64,000 nucleotides of DNA from Halarcobacter sp. (GCA_048571215.1 CP182352.1:3424001-3488000); one strand, 5' to 3'; numbered from the stretch's first letter, positions 44,548 to 55,274 are shown. The notes: a model not told the origin generated them from the letters alone. Translations and numbers: made by a program.

Positions 44548-46187
44548 GTAGTGAACAACTTCAAATACAAACAGAGCTTTCTAATTTGATTCAAGAAGAT
44601 TTTATAAATGCTGCAACAACTTATTCCCAAAATAATCAATTAGATAGACAACAAGTTTTAACACTAATTCAAGATATCACTTTGTTAAAAAAATATAGTG
44701 TTGCATATATTCATAATAATGAGTTTAATGAAGTTATAGATGTTTTTAAAGAGGAATTAAAAAATTCAATTTATCCATATGATATTGCATTTGTAATTGC
44801 AATTGAGTATCTACAAAATAGTAAGAATATAGATTTTTTACAAAAATTTTTTGTAGAGATTTTTTTAAGAACTCCTAAAGAGTTATTTCTTGATGTATTT
44901 TCAATTTTTAATATTTTATGTGGCAGTGTAAAAGAACTGTATACTTATTTTATCGAATATGTTTTTAATAATAAGTTTTTATTATTGGATGAAAATATGC
45001 AAATTGATTGTTTATATAAAGCATGGAACTTATCTTTACAAGTTTATCATGATAATGAAGCTTCACAGTTTGCATACAATGAGTTAAAACACCTATTTCA
45101 AAATGCCTTAAATTATCAAAAAACAGAAGTTGCTTTTTGGTTATACTACACTCCTTTACACTATTTTAATTCAGGAACTCATGCAAATAAACATGAAGCT
45201 AATCAACGTTTTCAGGATGAGATTGAAAAACCATTAGAAAAATATATTAAAAATCATATTATTCCAAAATATAAAATTACTCCAAATAAAAAGAAAGTGA
45301 AAGATTCTTCAAAGAAAAAAGTTGCCTTTGTAATGCAAAGGATTATAAGACACTCTACAGTGAAAGTTTTGTATTATTTGATGGAATCAATTATGAAAAA
45401 ACAACATGAAAACTACGAGTTTGTCTTATATGACTTAGCTTTCCCTGAATCTGGAGGAAGTGATGTTGTATTTATAAAAGAGTTTGAAAAACTTGGGCTA
45501 AGATATGTAAATTTACATGAAAAAATATTTAATAATACAAGTGAAACTTATTCTTTACTTGAAAAATGTATAAAGAGTAGAGAAATTTTAATAGAAGATG
45601 ATATTGATATATTTATTGGTTTACATACAAGAGTTGAGTATATGTTTTTATATCTTACAAGAACTGCATCAGAACAAATATATTGGTATCATGGAAGTAA
45701 TGTAGAATATGATGTTGAAGGCATTGATAAAAGAATTACACATAGTAGTATTCCAGAAAAATCAAATTTTGAAATGAAGAAGTTTTTTATATCAAAAGAA
45801 TATAATGATGAAGAAAAAATGGAGTTTGAAAAAGAGGAAAAAAAAATCAGATCTACTTATCCAGAAGATTTTGTTATATTAGGAAGTATAGGTCGATTAA
45901 TTAAAATTGATAATGATGACTATTTAGCTACAGTATGTGAAATATTAAAACAAAATCCTAATACAATATATTTAGCATGTGGTGATGGGGATAAGAGTAA
46001 TATTATTACTTTTATCAAAAAGAATGATTTAGAAGATAGATTTTATTTTCCAGGGTTTGTTAATTCAAAAATATATGGTAGAGTGATTGATATATACTTA
46101 AATACTTTTCCAGATCCTGGTGGTGAGAGTGTAAATGAGTTTGTGTCTTTAGATGAAAATAAATATGTAGTAAGTTTAATAGATTAA
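44544..46187 (+). CDS. Putative GT-B glycosyltransferase (GT41/SPINDLY-like C-terminus, helical N-terminus)
   Basis: KKVAFV...RHS, RTASEQIYWYHG, GSIGRLIKI, RFYFPG, DIYLNTFPDPGG. Confidence 0.62.
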   Translation: MSSEQLQIQTELSNLIQEDFINAATTYSQNNQLDRQQVLTLIQDITLLKKYSVAYIHNNEFNEVIDVFKEELKNSIYPYDIAFVIAIEYLQNSKNIDFLQKFFVEIFLRTPKELFLDVFSIFNILCGSVKELYTYFIEYVFNNKFLLLDENMQIDCLYKAWNLSLQVYHDNEASQFAYNELKHLFQNALNYQKTEVAFWLYYTPLHYFNSGTHANKHEANQRFQDEIEKPLEKYIKNHIIPKYKITPNKKKVKDSSKKKVAFVMQRIIRHSTVKVLYYLMESIMKKQHENYEFVLYDLAFPESGGSDVVFIKEFEKLGLRYVNLHEKIFNNTSETYSLLEKCIKSREILIEDDIDIFIGLHTRVEYMFLYLTRTASEQIYWYHGSNVEYDVEGIDKRITHSSIPEKSNFEMKKFFISKEYNDEEKMEFEKEEKKIRSTYPEDFVILGSIGRLIKIDNDDYLATVCEILKQNPNTIYLACGDGDKSNIITFIKKNDLEDRFYFPGFVNSKIYGRVIDIYLNTFPDPGGESVNEFVSLDENKYVVSLID

Positions 46188-46199
46188 GAGAGAAAAAAA

Positions 46200-47165
46200 T
46201 TGAAAAAGATTATTGTACCAGAAGATTATAACTATATAGGAGCTTTTGTTTCTTTAGGATGTAATCTTAGTTGTAGTTATTGTATAAATTTAAATGAAGA
46301 GAATTCAACAAGAAAAAGTGTTTCAAGAAAGGCTATGTCAGGTAAAAATTGGGCTAAAGCAATTAATAGATTAAAAATATTAAATCTTGATTTGCCTGTA
46401 ACTTTACAAGGTGGAGAACCTACAATACACAAAGAGTTTTTTGATATTGTAAATGGTGTGGATGATGATATAAAACTTGATTTACTTACAAATATGGTTT
46501 TTGATGTGGATGAGTTTATAAACAATATTGACCCAAAAAAATTTACTAGAGAAGCTAAATATGCAGCTATTAGAGTTAGTTATCATCCTGGAGAAAATGA
46601 TATAGATGATTTAATAGCAAAAGCAAAAAAATTTGATAAAGCAGGTTTTTATATAGGTATTTATTCTGTTATGGTTCCTCAAAATCAAAAACATATTGAA
46701 GAGGTAAAAGAAAAATGCCTCAAAGAGGGTATAGACTTTAGGGTAAAAGAGTATTTAGGTTTTGATGGAAAAGAGTGGCATGGAACCTATAAATATCCTG
46801 AGGCTATTTCACAAAAAGTAGAGAAATATTGTGATTGTAAAACAACAGAACTTATAATTGCACCAAGTGGGCATGTATTTAGATGTCACTCAGACCTTTA
46901 TGAGAATAGAACACCTATAGGGCATATTTTAGACCCAAATTTTGATATAGAGCAGATACATAGACCTTGCTATGTTTTTGGTCATTGTAACCCTTGTGAT
47001 ATAAAAGTAAAAACAAATAGACATCAAATTTTTGGGCATACTTCTGTAGATATCAAAAATATTAGAGAGTTAACTGAAGAAGAAAAATTAGATTTGAAAA
47101 CTAATGAAAATTATGGTTTAGGAATCTACAATTATGAAAAAGATGAAGAGTATATAGATGGCTAA
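46200..47165 (+). CDS. Radical SAM protein with C-terminal Cys-rich (SPASM-like) domain
   Basis: CNLSCSYC, QGGEP, C-terminal CDC...RC...C-x5-CNPC. Confidence 0.92.
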   Translation: MKKIIVPEDYNYIGAFVSLGCNLSCSYCINLNEENSTRKSVSRKAMSGKNWAKAINRLKILNLDLPVTLQGGEPTIHKEFFDIVNGVDDDIKLDLLTNMVFDVDEFINNIDPKKFTREAKYAAIRVSYHPGENDIDDLIAKAKKFDKAGFYIGIYSVMVPQNQKHIEEVKEKCLKEGIDFRVKEYLGFDGKEWHGTYKYPEAISQKVEKYCDCKTTELIIAPSGHVFRCHSDLYENRTPIGHILDPNFDIEQIHRPCYVFGHCNPCDIKVKTNRHQIFGHTSVDIKNIRELTEEEKLDLKTNENYGLGIYNYEKDEEYIDG

Positions 47166-48222
47166 ATTTGACTTTGATGGACACAAACTTTTTTATCAGT
47201 TTGAAACAACGTATAAACTTTTAACTGAGCAGGACATTAATCCTGTATATATTGAGTATTCACCAGTTGGACATTGCAATCATAGATGTACTTTTTGTGC
47301 TTATGATTATATTGGTTATCAGTCAAGAAGACTTGATAAAGAAAAAACTATTCAATCAATAAAAGATTTTGCAAAGCTTGGTACAAAGGCGATGTTGTTT
47401 GCCGGGGAAGGGGAACCTTTAATCCATCCAAATATAGATGATTTTATAATAACTTGTTTTGAAAATGAAGTAAGTAGTGCTATATATACAAATGGGGCAT
47501 TACTAACTCCTAAAAGAGTGAATAAGATCTTAGATAAATTAACTTTTGTTCGTATCTCTTTTAATGCAGGTACAAAAGAAAATTATGAAGAGATACATAA
47601 AAGTGATGATTTTGAAAAAGTAGTTGAAAATCTTAAATATGCAACCAAATACAAAAAAGAACATAATCTACAAACAGATATAGGGCTTCAAATTGTTGTT
47701 TTACCTGAAAATTTACATACTATAATTGATTTAGCAAAACTAGGTCAAGAGTTAGGTGTTGATTATTTAGCAATTAAGCCTTTTGTTCAACACAATGATC
47801 AAGAAGGCTATCAGTTTTCAAAAAACTTTTCATTAGATGAGATAGAACCAGTATTGGATGAAGCAGAAAAATATAGTACAGATAGTTATAAAGTTATAGC
47901 AAGAAAAGAAGCTTTTAGAAAATATCATGACAGAACTTATAATCATTGTTTAGCATTGCCTTTATTTGGTGTGATATTAAGTGATGGAAATATGTATAGT
48001 TGTGGTCCATATTTAGACAACAAAGATTTTTGTTATGGAAATATACATGAGCAAAGTGTAGAAGAGATAGTTTTAGGTAATAAAAGAAAAGAGATATTAG
48101 AATTTGCAGCAAAAAAACTTGATTGTAAGGGACAGTGTATGCCAAACTGTAGATTAGATGCAATCAATAGAAGTCTTTGGGAATTAAAAAACCCAACAGT
48201 TAAGCATATAAACTTTATTTAG
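47158..48222 (+). CDS. Radical SAM protein with SPASM/twitch domain
   Basis: CNHRCTFC, GEGEPL, TNG, C...DGNMYSC...YGNI...CKGQCMPNC. Confidence 0.93.
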   Translation: MAKFDFDGHKLFYQFETTYKLLTEQDINPVYIEYSPVGHCNHRCTFCAYDYIGYQSRRLDKEKTIQSIKDFAKLGTKAMLFAGEGEPLIHPNIDDFIITCFENEVSSAIYTNGALLTPKRVNKILDKLTFVRISFNAGTKENYEEIHKSDDFEKVVENLKYATKYKKEHNLQTDIGLQIVVLPENLHTIIDLAKLGQELGVDYLAIKPFVQHNDQEGYQFSKNFSLDEIEPVLDEAEKYSTDSYKVIARKEAFRKYHDRTYNHCLALPLFGVILSDGNMYSCGPYLDNKDFCYGNIHEQSVEEIVLGNKRKEILEFAAKKLDCKGQCMPNCRLDAINRSLWELKNPTVKHINFI

Positions 48223-48230
48223 GATAATAG

Positions 48231-49028
48231 ATGCAAGATATGAAAAAAATAGCAGTAAATATTAGAAAAAATATTTTACGTATTGCAAATAGTTCAAAAG
48301 GTCCTCACACAGGAACAGCATTGTCATGTGTTGATATTTTAGCTTCACTTTATTTTAAGCATTTAAAAATAGAAACGTATAAAGATGAAAATAGAGATAT
48401 TTTTATTATGAGTAAAGGTCATGGGGCAATGGCTTTATATTCAACACTTTATGAAAAAGCTATTTTATCTAAAGATGATTTTTTTAGTTATTATCAAAAT
48501 AATGGAAAACTTCCTGCTCACTTAGACAAAAATACAAATGAAGCAATAGAGGTTTCAAGTGGTAGTTTAGGGCATGGATTGCCACAAGCATTGGGTTTTG
48601 CATATTCTAAAAAATTAAAAAATCTAGATTCCAAAGTATATGTTTTGATGGGTGATGGAGAAACTCAAGAGGGTTCTATTTGGGAGGCTGCAATGTTAGC
48701 ACCTAAAATGGGCTTAGATAACCTTACTGTATTTATAGATAGAAATAATCTTCAAGGATATGGAAGACCATCTGAGTTAGTTTCTTTTGAATCATTAGAT
48801 GAAAAGTTTAAAAGTTTTAATTGGGATGTATATAGAGTAGATGGACATGACTTAAACGCATTAGATGAAGTAATATCAAAAACATCACAAAATCCAAAAG
48901 TTATTATTTGCGATACTATAAAAGGTAAAGGTGTTTCATTTATGGAAGATGAAATGAAATGGCATTATTTTATAGTAACCGATGAGTTTATGAATCAAGG
49001 GATAAAAGAGTTAGAGGAAAGCTTATGA
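48231..49028 (+). CDS. Split transketolase, N-terminal ThDP-binding subunit
   Basis: SKGHG, SGSLGHGL, GDGETQEG...WEAA...DRN, VDGHD, TIKGKG. Confidence 0.95.
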   Translation: MQDMKKIAVNIRKNILRIANSSKGPHTGTALSCVDILASLYFKHLKIETYKDENRDIFIMSKGHGAMALYSTLYEKAILSKDDFFSYYQNNGKLPAHLDKNTNEAIEVSSGSLGHGLPQALGFAYSKKLKNLDSKVYVLMGDGETQEGSIWEAAMLAPKMGLDNLTVFIDRNNLQGYGRPSELVSFESLDEKFKSFNWDVYRVDGHDLNALDEVISKTSQNPKVIICDTIKGKGVSFMEDEMKWHYFIVTDEFMNQGIKELEESL

Positions 49029-49918
49029 GAAATAGTGCTGCGAAAATAGTATATGAATATTGTAAATCAAACAAAGATGGCTTTTTAATCTCTGGGGATG
49101 CTGGTTTTGGAGTATGGGAAAAGTTTCAAGAGGAATTACCAACTCAGTATATAAATACAGGAGTAAATGAAGCAGCAATGACAGGTTTAGCAGCTGGTTT
49201 AGCACTAAGTGGTCATAAGGTTTTTATTTATAATATTATTCCATTTTTATTAATGAGAAATTATGAACAAGTAAGAGTAGATATTGCTTATCAAAATCTT
49301 CCAGTGATTTTAATAGGTATTGGGTCTGGAGTTACTTATGCACCTGCAGGGATGACTCACTATTCTATTGAAGATATTACAATAGCTAAAAGTATGCCAA
49401 ATCTAAATATAATATCACCTTCAGACCCTATCCAAGTAGAAAAAGCAATGCATTATGCGATTGCTTCAGATAATCCTACTTTTATAAGAATTTCAAGAAG
49501 TGGTGAACCAAAAGTATTTGATGACAATATTGATATCACTAAACCAATCATAATAAAAGATGGAAATTCAAAAGCTATTATATTTCATGGTTCAATTGTT
49601 GATGAAGTTTTAGAAGCATCAAAAGAGCTAGATGATTGTGCAATAATCTCTTTTCCTATGATTGCACCTATTGATGAAAAAGAAGTAGCAACAATATTAG
49701 AGAAATATAATGAAATTTTTGTTGTAGAAGAACATTTTAAAGATGGTGGATTAGGGACTATATTAAGTGATTTAACAATACAACTTGGAATTTTTGTAAA
49801 AATAAAAAAATTAGGTATACCAAATCATTACATTCATAAAATTGGGAATTGTGATTATCTTAGAAAAAAGTATGGTATAGATAAAGAATCAATTATAAGA
49901 GAGATAAATCATGGGTAA
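49025..49918 (+). CDS. Split transketolase, C-terminal subunit
   Basis: GVNEAAM, RNYEQVR, GMTHYS, VEEHFKDGGLG. Confidence 0.94.
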   Translation: MRNSAAKIVYEYCKSNKDGFLISGDAGFGVWEKFQEELPTQYINTGVNEAAMTGLAAGLALSGHKVFIYNIIPFLLMRNYEQVRVDIAYQNLPVILIGIGSGVTYAPAGMTHYSIEDITIAKSMPNLNIISPSDPIQVEKAMHYAIASDNPTFIRISRSGEPKVFDDNIDITKPIIIKDGNSKAIIFHGSIVDEVLEASKELDDCAIISFPMIAPIDEKEVATILEKYNEIFVVEEHFKDGGLGTILSDLTIQLGIFVKIKKLGIPNHYIHKIGNCDYLRKKYGIDKESIIREINHG

Positions 49919-50573
49919 ATTATTATATATATTTAATAAACTTCATAAAAAAACACAAAGAAAATATATTGATAGAATGGTTGATGAAAAGATTTTGTGT
50001 ATGCAAAAAGCGAAAGAGTATGAGTTTGATTATTGGGATGGAGATAGAAGGTTTGGCTATGGGGGTTATTTTTATGATGGAAGATGGGAACCTATTGCCA
50101 AGGATTTAATAGAAGAGTACAACTTAACAAATGATTCTAAGATTTTAGATGTGGGATGTGGAAAAGCATTTTTACTTTTTGAATTAAAAAAACTTTTACC
50201 GGGTATTGAGGTAAAAGGTTTTGATATCTCAAAACATGGACTAAATGAAGCAAAAGAAGAAGTTAAAAATGATTTATTTATTCATAAAGCACAAGATATT
50301 TATCCTTTTGGTGATGATGAATTTGATTTAGTAATCTCTTTAGGAACTTTACATAATTTAAAAATTTATGAATTAAAAAGAGCAATTAGTGAAATTGAAC
50401 GTGTAGGTAAAAATAAATTTATTATGGTTGAAGCATATAGAAATGATACAGAGCTTTTTAATTTACAGTGTTGGGCTTTAACTTGTGAGAGTTTTTTTAG
50501 ACCAAATGAGTGGATATGGTTATATGAAGAGTATAGCTATACTGGCGATTATGAATTTATATATTTTGAATAG
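49911..50573 (+). CDS. Class I SAM-dependent methyltransferase
   Basis: ILDVGCGKA, GFDIS, FDLVIS; YWDGDRRFGYGGY motif. Confidence 0.9.
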   Translation: MGKLLYIFNKLHKKTQRKYIDRMVDEKILCMQKAKEYEFDYWDGDRRFGYGGYFYDGRWEPIAKDLIEEYNLTNDSKILDVGCGKAFLLFELKKLLPGIEVKGFDISKHGLNEAKEEVKNDLFIHKAQDIYPFGDDEFDLVISLGTLHNLKIYELKRAISEIERVGKNKFIMVEAYRNDTELFNLQCWALTCESFFRPNEWIWLYEEYSYTGDYEFIYFE

Positions 50574-50587
50574 GTTAGGAGTAAATT

Positions 50588-51655
50588 ATGTCTAAATATT
50601 CACAGTTAAAAATATTTCATTTTAAAGAAAAAATAGATTCTTTACCAAAAGATAATAAAGATATTAAAGCACCATTGCATATTAGAATCAAACCAACAAA
50701 TGTTTGTAATCATAACTGTTGGTACTGTGCTTATAAAGTTGATAATCTTCAGTTAGGTCAAGATATGGTTGAAAGAGATTTTATCCCTGAAGATAAGATG
50801 ATGGAAATTATTGATGATTGTATTGATATGGGAGTTAAAGCAATAACTTTTAGTGGTGGTGGAGAACCTTTTGTATATAAACATATGTTAAAAGTTGCAA
50901 AAAAACTTGCAAATTCTCCAATAGAGTTTGCATCATTGACAAATGGTTCAAAACTAAAAGGAGAAGTAGCTGAAATTTTTGCGAAACATGGTACTTGGGT
51001 TCGTGTATCAATAGATGGTTGGGATGATGAGAGTTATGCTGATTATAGAGATACAGGCAAAAAAGAATTTTCAAAAATATTACAAAACATGAAAGATTTT
51101 AAAGCATATGGTGGAAAATGTGCTTTAGGTGTAAGTTTTATTATTGACCAAAAAAATTATCAACATGTATATGATTTTATAAAAACAATAAAAGAAACAG
51201 GTGCGGATAGTATTAAACTCTCAGGCTGTGTTGTAGATAATGATGGTGCAAAAAATAATGAGTATCATAAACCAATTTATGAGGAAGTTAAAAGACAAGC
51301 TAAAAAAGCTATTGAAGAATTACAAGATGATATATTTGAAATATATGATACATATCATCTTTTAGAGGATAAATTTGAAAAAGATTATGAATGGTGCCCT
51401 TATTCTCAAATTCTTCCTGTAATTGGTGCAGATTTAAATATTTATCCTTGTCAAGACAAAGCGTATAATTTGGATAATGGTTTAGTTGGTTCAATAAAAG
51501 ATAAAAGTTTTAAAGAATTTTGGTTTAATGATAAAGATAAGTTTTTTAAAATCAATCCAAAATGTCATTGTAATAATCATTGTGTAGCAAATTCAAAAAA
51601 TAAAATGATTTTAGATTATTTGAATGTTGATAGTGAGCATTTAGGTTTTGTTTAA
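50588..51655 (+). CDS. Radical SAM protein with SPASM/twitch domain (paralog of 47158)
   Basis: CNHNCWYC, FSGGGEP, TNG, RVSIDG, C...IYPC...CHCNNHC. Confidence 0.93.
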   Translation: MSKYSQLKIFHFKEKIDSLPKDNKDIKAPLHIRIKPTNVCNHNCWYCAYKVDNLQLGQDMVERDFIPEDKMMEIIDDCIDMGVKAITFSGGGEPFVYKHMLKVAKKLANSPIEFASLTNGSKLKGEVAEIFAKHGTWVRVSIDGWDDESYADYRDTGKKEFSKILQNMKDFKAYGGKCALGVSFIIDQKNYQHVYDFIKTIKETGADSIKLSGCVVDNDGAKNNEYHKPIYEEVKRQAKKAIEELQDDIFEIYDTYHLLEDKFEKDYEWCPYSQILPVIGADLNIYPCQDKAYNLDNGLVGSIKDKSFKEFWFNDKDKFFKINPKCHCNNHCVANSKNKMILDYLNVDSEHLGFV

Positions 51656-52389
51656 TGAGTGAAGTTATTCTTGTTACTGCTTCAAGTAGAGGACTTGGTT
51701 TAGAAATTGCAAAAGATTTATCAAATAGTGGTTATTCTATTTTATTAAATGGGAGAAATAAAGAATCTTTATTTGCTGCAATGGAAAAGTTAAGTTGTGA
51801 AAAAGAACATTTTCTTTTTACCTATGATTTAACAAAAGAAGATGCTGTCAACAGATTGAAATTTTTTTTGGAAGAAAAAAATATTACTATTATTGGTGTA
51901 GTACATAATTTAGGAGGGAAAGTTGAAAATGATATTCAACCTTTATTTCCTAAAACACTGGCAAAGTCAATACGTTTAAATCTAGAAAGTGCAATAGATA
52001 TTAATAATTTTTTGATACCAAAAATGATGAACAATGGATATGGAACAATTATTCATATAGGTTCTAGTTCAGGATATAATGGTAATGCAGCACCTGCTTA
52101 TGCTATAAGTAAAGGGGCTTTAAATACTTATGTAAAAAATACTGCACGATTTTATGCAAAAGATGGGATTCGAATTTGTGCAGTTTTACCTGGAATTCTT
52201 GATCATGAAGGTAGTGAATGGGATAAAAAGCGTTTACTTGAACCAGAAAAATATCAACAAAGAAAGCTTCAAATGCCATTGCAACGTTTTGCAAAACCTA
52301 ATGAAATTGCTCCCTTTATTAGCTCAATCTTTAAAACAAACAGTATGCAAGTTGCAGGGTCAATTATAAGTTTAGAAGGTGCAGTTTAA
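51655..52389 (+). CDS. Short-chain dehydrogenase/reductase
   Basis: VTASSRGLG, IGSSSG, YAISK (YxxxK), VLPG. Confidence 0.92.
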   Translation: MSEVILVTASSRGLGLEIAKDLSNSGYSILLNGRNKESLFAAMEKLSCEKEHFLFTYDLTKEDAVNRLKFFLEEKNITIIGVVHNLGGKVENDIQPLFPKTLAKSIRLNLESAIDINNFLIPKMMNNGYGTIIHIGSSSGYNGNAAPAYAISKGALNTYVKNTARFYAKDGIRICAVLPGILDHEGSEWDKKRLLEPEKYQQRKLQMPLQRFAKPNEIAPFISSIFKTNSMQVAGSIISLEGAV

Positions 52390-53531
52390 TGAATGAATAT
52401 GTTAAGTTTTATGAAAAAAATAATATTTCTCCTGTAAGACAAAATATTGATGATTTTAATCAACATATCAAAAGACGTAGTAGTTTATATAGACAGTTGG
52501 GAGTATTACCTAATTTTTTTAAAGGGAAAAAGGTTTTAGAAGTTGGACCTGGAGGTGGATATAATGCACTTGCAACTTATACTTTTGAACCTTCTAAATA
52601 TGTCTTTGTTGAGCCAAACAAAACGGGGTATGAAGAATTACAAGCTAATTTTTCAAAATACGGTTTTTCTAATAATGTTGAGTTTTACAATTGTTTCCTA
52701 GAATCATTTGAGTCAGATGAAACTTTTGATATTGTGATATGTGAAGGTCTAATTCAAGGATTACCAAATAGAGATGAGTTTTTATCTCAGTTATCAAATA
52801 AGGTTGCAGATGGTGGAATATTAATTATTACCTCTGCTGATGAAATTTCAATGTTTTTTGAAATACTCAGACGTTATTTGTCAAATGAACTTATTAAAAA
52901 TGAAGCAAATTTTAATCAACAACTTGAAATTTTAGTTAGTGCATTTAGTTCACACCTTGATACTTTAAAAGGGATGACAAGAAGATATGATGATTGGTGT
53001 GCAGATTTAATATGTGATGCAATATATAATCATACATTCAGTGTTAGTGATGCGATAGAATATTTTAAGGAACAATATTTTTTTTATGGAGCTTCTCCAA
53101 ATATTTTTCAAGATTATCGATGGTATAAAGCATTACCAACTTCGACCATTGAATTTAATAAATATTTTATAACACAGTTTGATGAACTTAGACATAATTT
53201 TATAGATTGTCAAAAAGTATATGATAAGCAAGATAAAGCAATTAATAAGGAACTCTCTATACGAACAAGAGAACTTATTTTAATTATAAAATCATTGGAA
53301 AAAAAGGATGGAGAGTATTCCAAATCAGAGTTAATAAATATTTTTGATATTATTGGGAAATTACTGAATAAATTTGATCCTCATTTATGTAAAATTCTTA
53401 TGGAGTTAAAACAGCTTGTAGAATCCAAAGAAAATATTGATGCTAAAGATGTTTCAAATTTAACATTACTTCAACCTATGTTTGGTAGAGGTCAAACCTT
53501 TATATCTTTTAATAAGGCATTTAATGATTAA
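52389..53531 (+). CDS. Class I SAM-dependent methyltransferase with long C-terminal region
   Basis: VLEVGPGGG, VEPN, FDIVICEG, DGGILII. Confidence 0.88.
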   Translation: MNEYVKFYEKNNISPVRQNIDDFNQHIKRRSSLYRQLGVLPNFFKGKKVLEVGPGGGYNALATYTFEPSKYVFVEPNKTGYEELQANFSKYGFSNNVEFYNCFLESFESDETFDIVICEGLIQGLPNRDEFLSQLSNKVADGGILIITSADEISMFFEILRRYLSNELIKNEANFNQQLEILVSAFSSHLDTLKGMTRRYDDWCADLICDAIYNHTFSVSDAIEYFKEQYFFYGASPNIFQDYRWYKALPTSTIEFNKYFITQFDELRHNFIDCQKVYDKQDKAINKELSIRTRELILIIKSLEKKDGEYSKSELINIFDIIGKLLNKFDPHLCKILMELKQLVESKENIDAKDVSNLTLLQPMFGRGQTFISFNKAFND

Positions 53532-53576
53532 TCTATTTAAATATAAGAAAAGCAATTAGTAGCTTAGGGGTTAAAA

Positions 53577-55274
53577 TTGTCTAAAAAAATTATTGAAGAA
53601 TTGATAAGTACTTTAAAAGAGTGTTTTAGAACTAATGGACTTGATGAAAATGAAGTAATCAAGCAAATTGAGTTTGCACATGATGGAAGTTATTTTAATT
53701 CGATGCTAATGCATGATAAAAATAGTTTTATGTATGCAGTTAAAGCATTAATTCAAAACAAAAATATGAAGAAGATTGTAATTTATCCATGTAACACTTA
53801 TTTAGAAAATATAATAGAGGTTTTTAAAGAGTATGAGCTTTTTTTATGTGATGATTATAAAGAGGGTGAGACACTTAATGGATATGAAGTTCATTCTACT
53901 GATATTATTAATAGGGAAAAATTTGATTTAGTACTTATTATTTCTTATCGAGATTTAGTTAGAGATAATTTATTAAATAAAGTGGAATCTAATGAAAATA
54001 TTTTTTGGATTTATGATGTTGTAAAGAAATATATTGAATTAGATACTAATATTTTTGATAAGTTAATGAAAAAGCCTTTTAATAATCATAAAGTAGAAAA
54101 AATATTAGATTTAGTAAAAAATTCAAAGAAACCAATAGTATCTATAAATGGTCTTTTATTTAATAATTATGGTCCAACCTATAGAGCTTTAGAAGAGAAG
54201 GGGTATGAACCGATTATTCTTACTCGAAACAGTTATCTATGTTATGCAAAACCAGGAAGTAATATTAATGAGTTTAATATAAAAAATACTTTTCAGTTAG
54301 AATTACTAGAGTTAATTTATATTGCAAAGCAGTTGAAAAATTGCCCTGTAGTTATTAATGATATCTCATTCTTGATTCCATCTTTTGATGCAAGCAAAGC
54401 TAGGGTTAACTTTGCTTTTGTTTTGTTTTTGTTAAAAATTATAGAGTCAAAAAAGTATTTGTTTTTATACGATGTTATTCATTCTGTAATGAAAAACCAT
54501 CAAGATGTTGATTCTTATTTTAGATTATATAAAGAGGTTTTGAATAGTAGTGATGGCTTGATTTGTAATTCAAATACAAAAGAAGTTCATAGTTCAATTA
54601 GATATGCATTAGATGTTAATAAGCCTATGATTTCATTTTATCGTTATAATGAGTATGTATCTAAGTTAAAGCCTAAGATTAATGATGATGAATTTCATAT
54701 GGTAATTATAGGTGGAATGGATGATAAGTTACGTGACTCAACACAAATGCTTAAAAAAATTTTATCTCAAAAGATACATGTACATAATTATGTGAACAAT
54801 AATGCAATAGTAGAGTTTTTAGAGATTTTGACAGATAGTGAAAAAGCTTATTTTCATAATCATGAATCAATTGTTTCTCAATCTGAGTTGATTGAAGAGA
54901 TTAGTCAATATCATGCAGGGTGGATAATGGATAATGGCTTTGAAGTTTTAAACATGATAAATAGTGCTTCAAGACTTGATTTTAAAGAGATGCTTATGAT
55001 GTTTAGATTAACAACAGTATCTTCAAGTTTGTTGGCTATAGCTTCAGCTGGTCTTCCAATGTTTATTAATAAAATGGTTGTACATGTTACATATCAATTT
55101 CCAAGTGAATATTTTATTCCTATTGAAGAGCCTGAAGTTCATAACTTTAAATTAATTGTTGATACTATAGATTGGCAAAAGCGTTATGATGTAACTCAGC
55201 AATATCGAGATTTATTTAGTATTGATAAAAATATAGATACATTTATAGATTGGATAGAGAATAATAATGTATGA
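53577..55274 (+). CDS. Putative GT-B glycosyltransferase with N-terminal Rossmann-like module
   Basis: KKIVIYPC...LCDD..EG..LNGYEV module; C-terminal ELIEEISQYHAG...AIASAGLP resembles the GT4-like donor-binding region. Confidence 0.5.
   Translation: MSKKIIEELISTLKECFRTNGLDENEVIKQIEFAHDGSYFNSMLMHDKNSFMYAVKALIQNKNMKKIVIYPCNTYLENIIEVFKEYELFLCDDYKEGETLNGYEVHSTDIINREKFDLVLIISYRDLVRDNLLNKVESNENIFWIYDVVKKYIELDTNIFDKLMKKPFNNHKVEKILDLVKNSKKPIVSINGLLFNNYGPTYRALEEKGYEPIILTRNSYLCYAKPGSNINEFNIKNTFQLELLELIYIAKQLKNCPVVINDISFLIPSFDASKARVNFAFVLFLLKIIESKKYLFLYDVIHSVMKNHQDVDSYFRLYKEVLNSSDGLICNSNTKEVHSSIRYALDVNKPMISFYRYNEYVSKLKPKINDDEFHMVIIGGMDDKLRDSTQMLKKILSQKIHVHNYVNNNAIVEFLEILTDSEKAYFHNHESIVSQSELIEEISQYHAGWIMDNGFEVLNMINSASRLDFKEMLMMFRLTTVSSSLLAIASAGLPMFINKMVVHVTYQFPSEYFIPIEEPEVHNFKLIVDTIDWQKRYDVTQQYRDLFSIDKNIDTFIDWIENNNV

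Noticed and set aside
48231..49918. Split transketolase as the housekeeping pentose-phosphate tkt
   Set aside because: The two-gene form embedded in a glycan operon fits a biosynthetic role better; not excluded without an assay.
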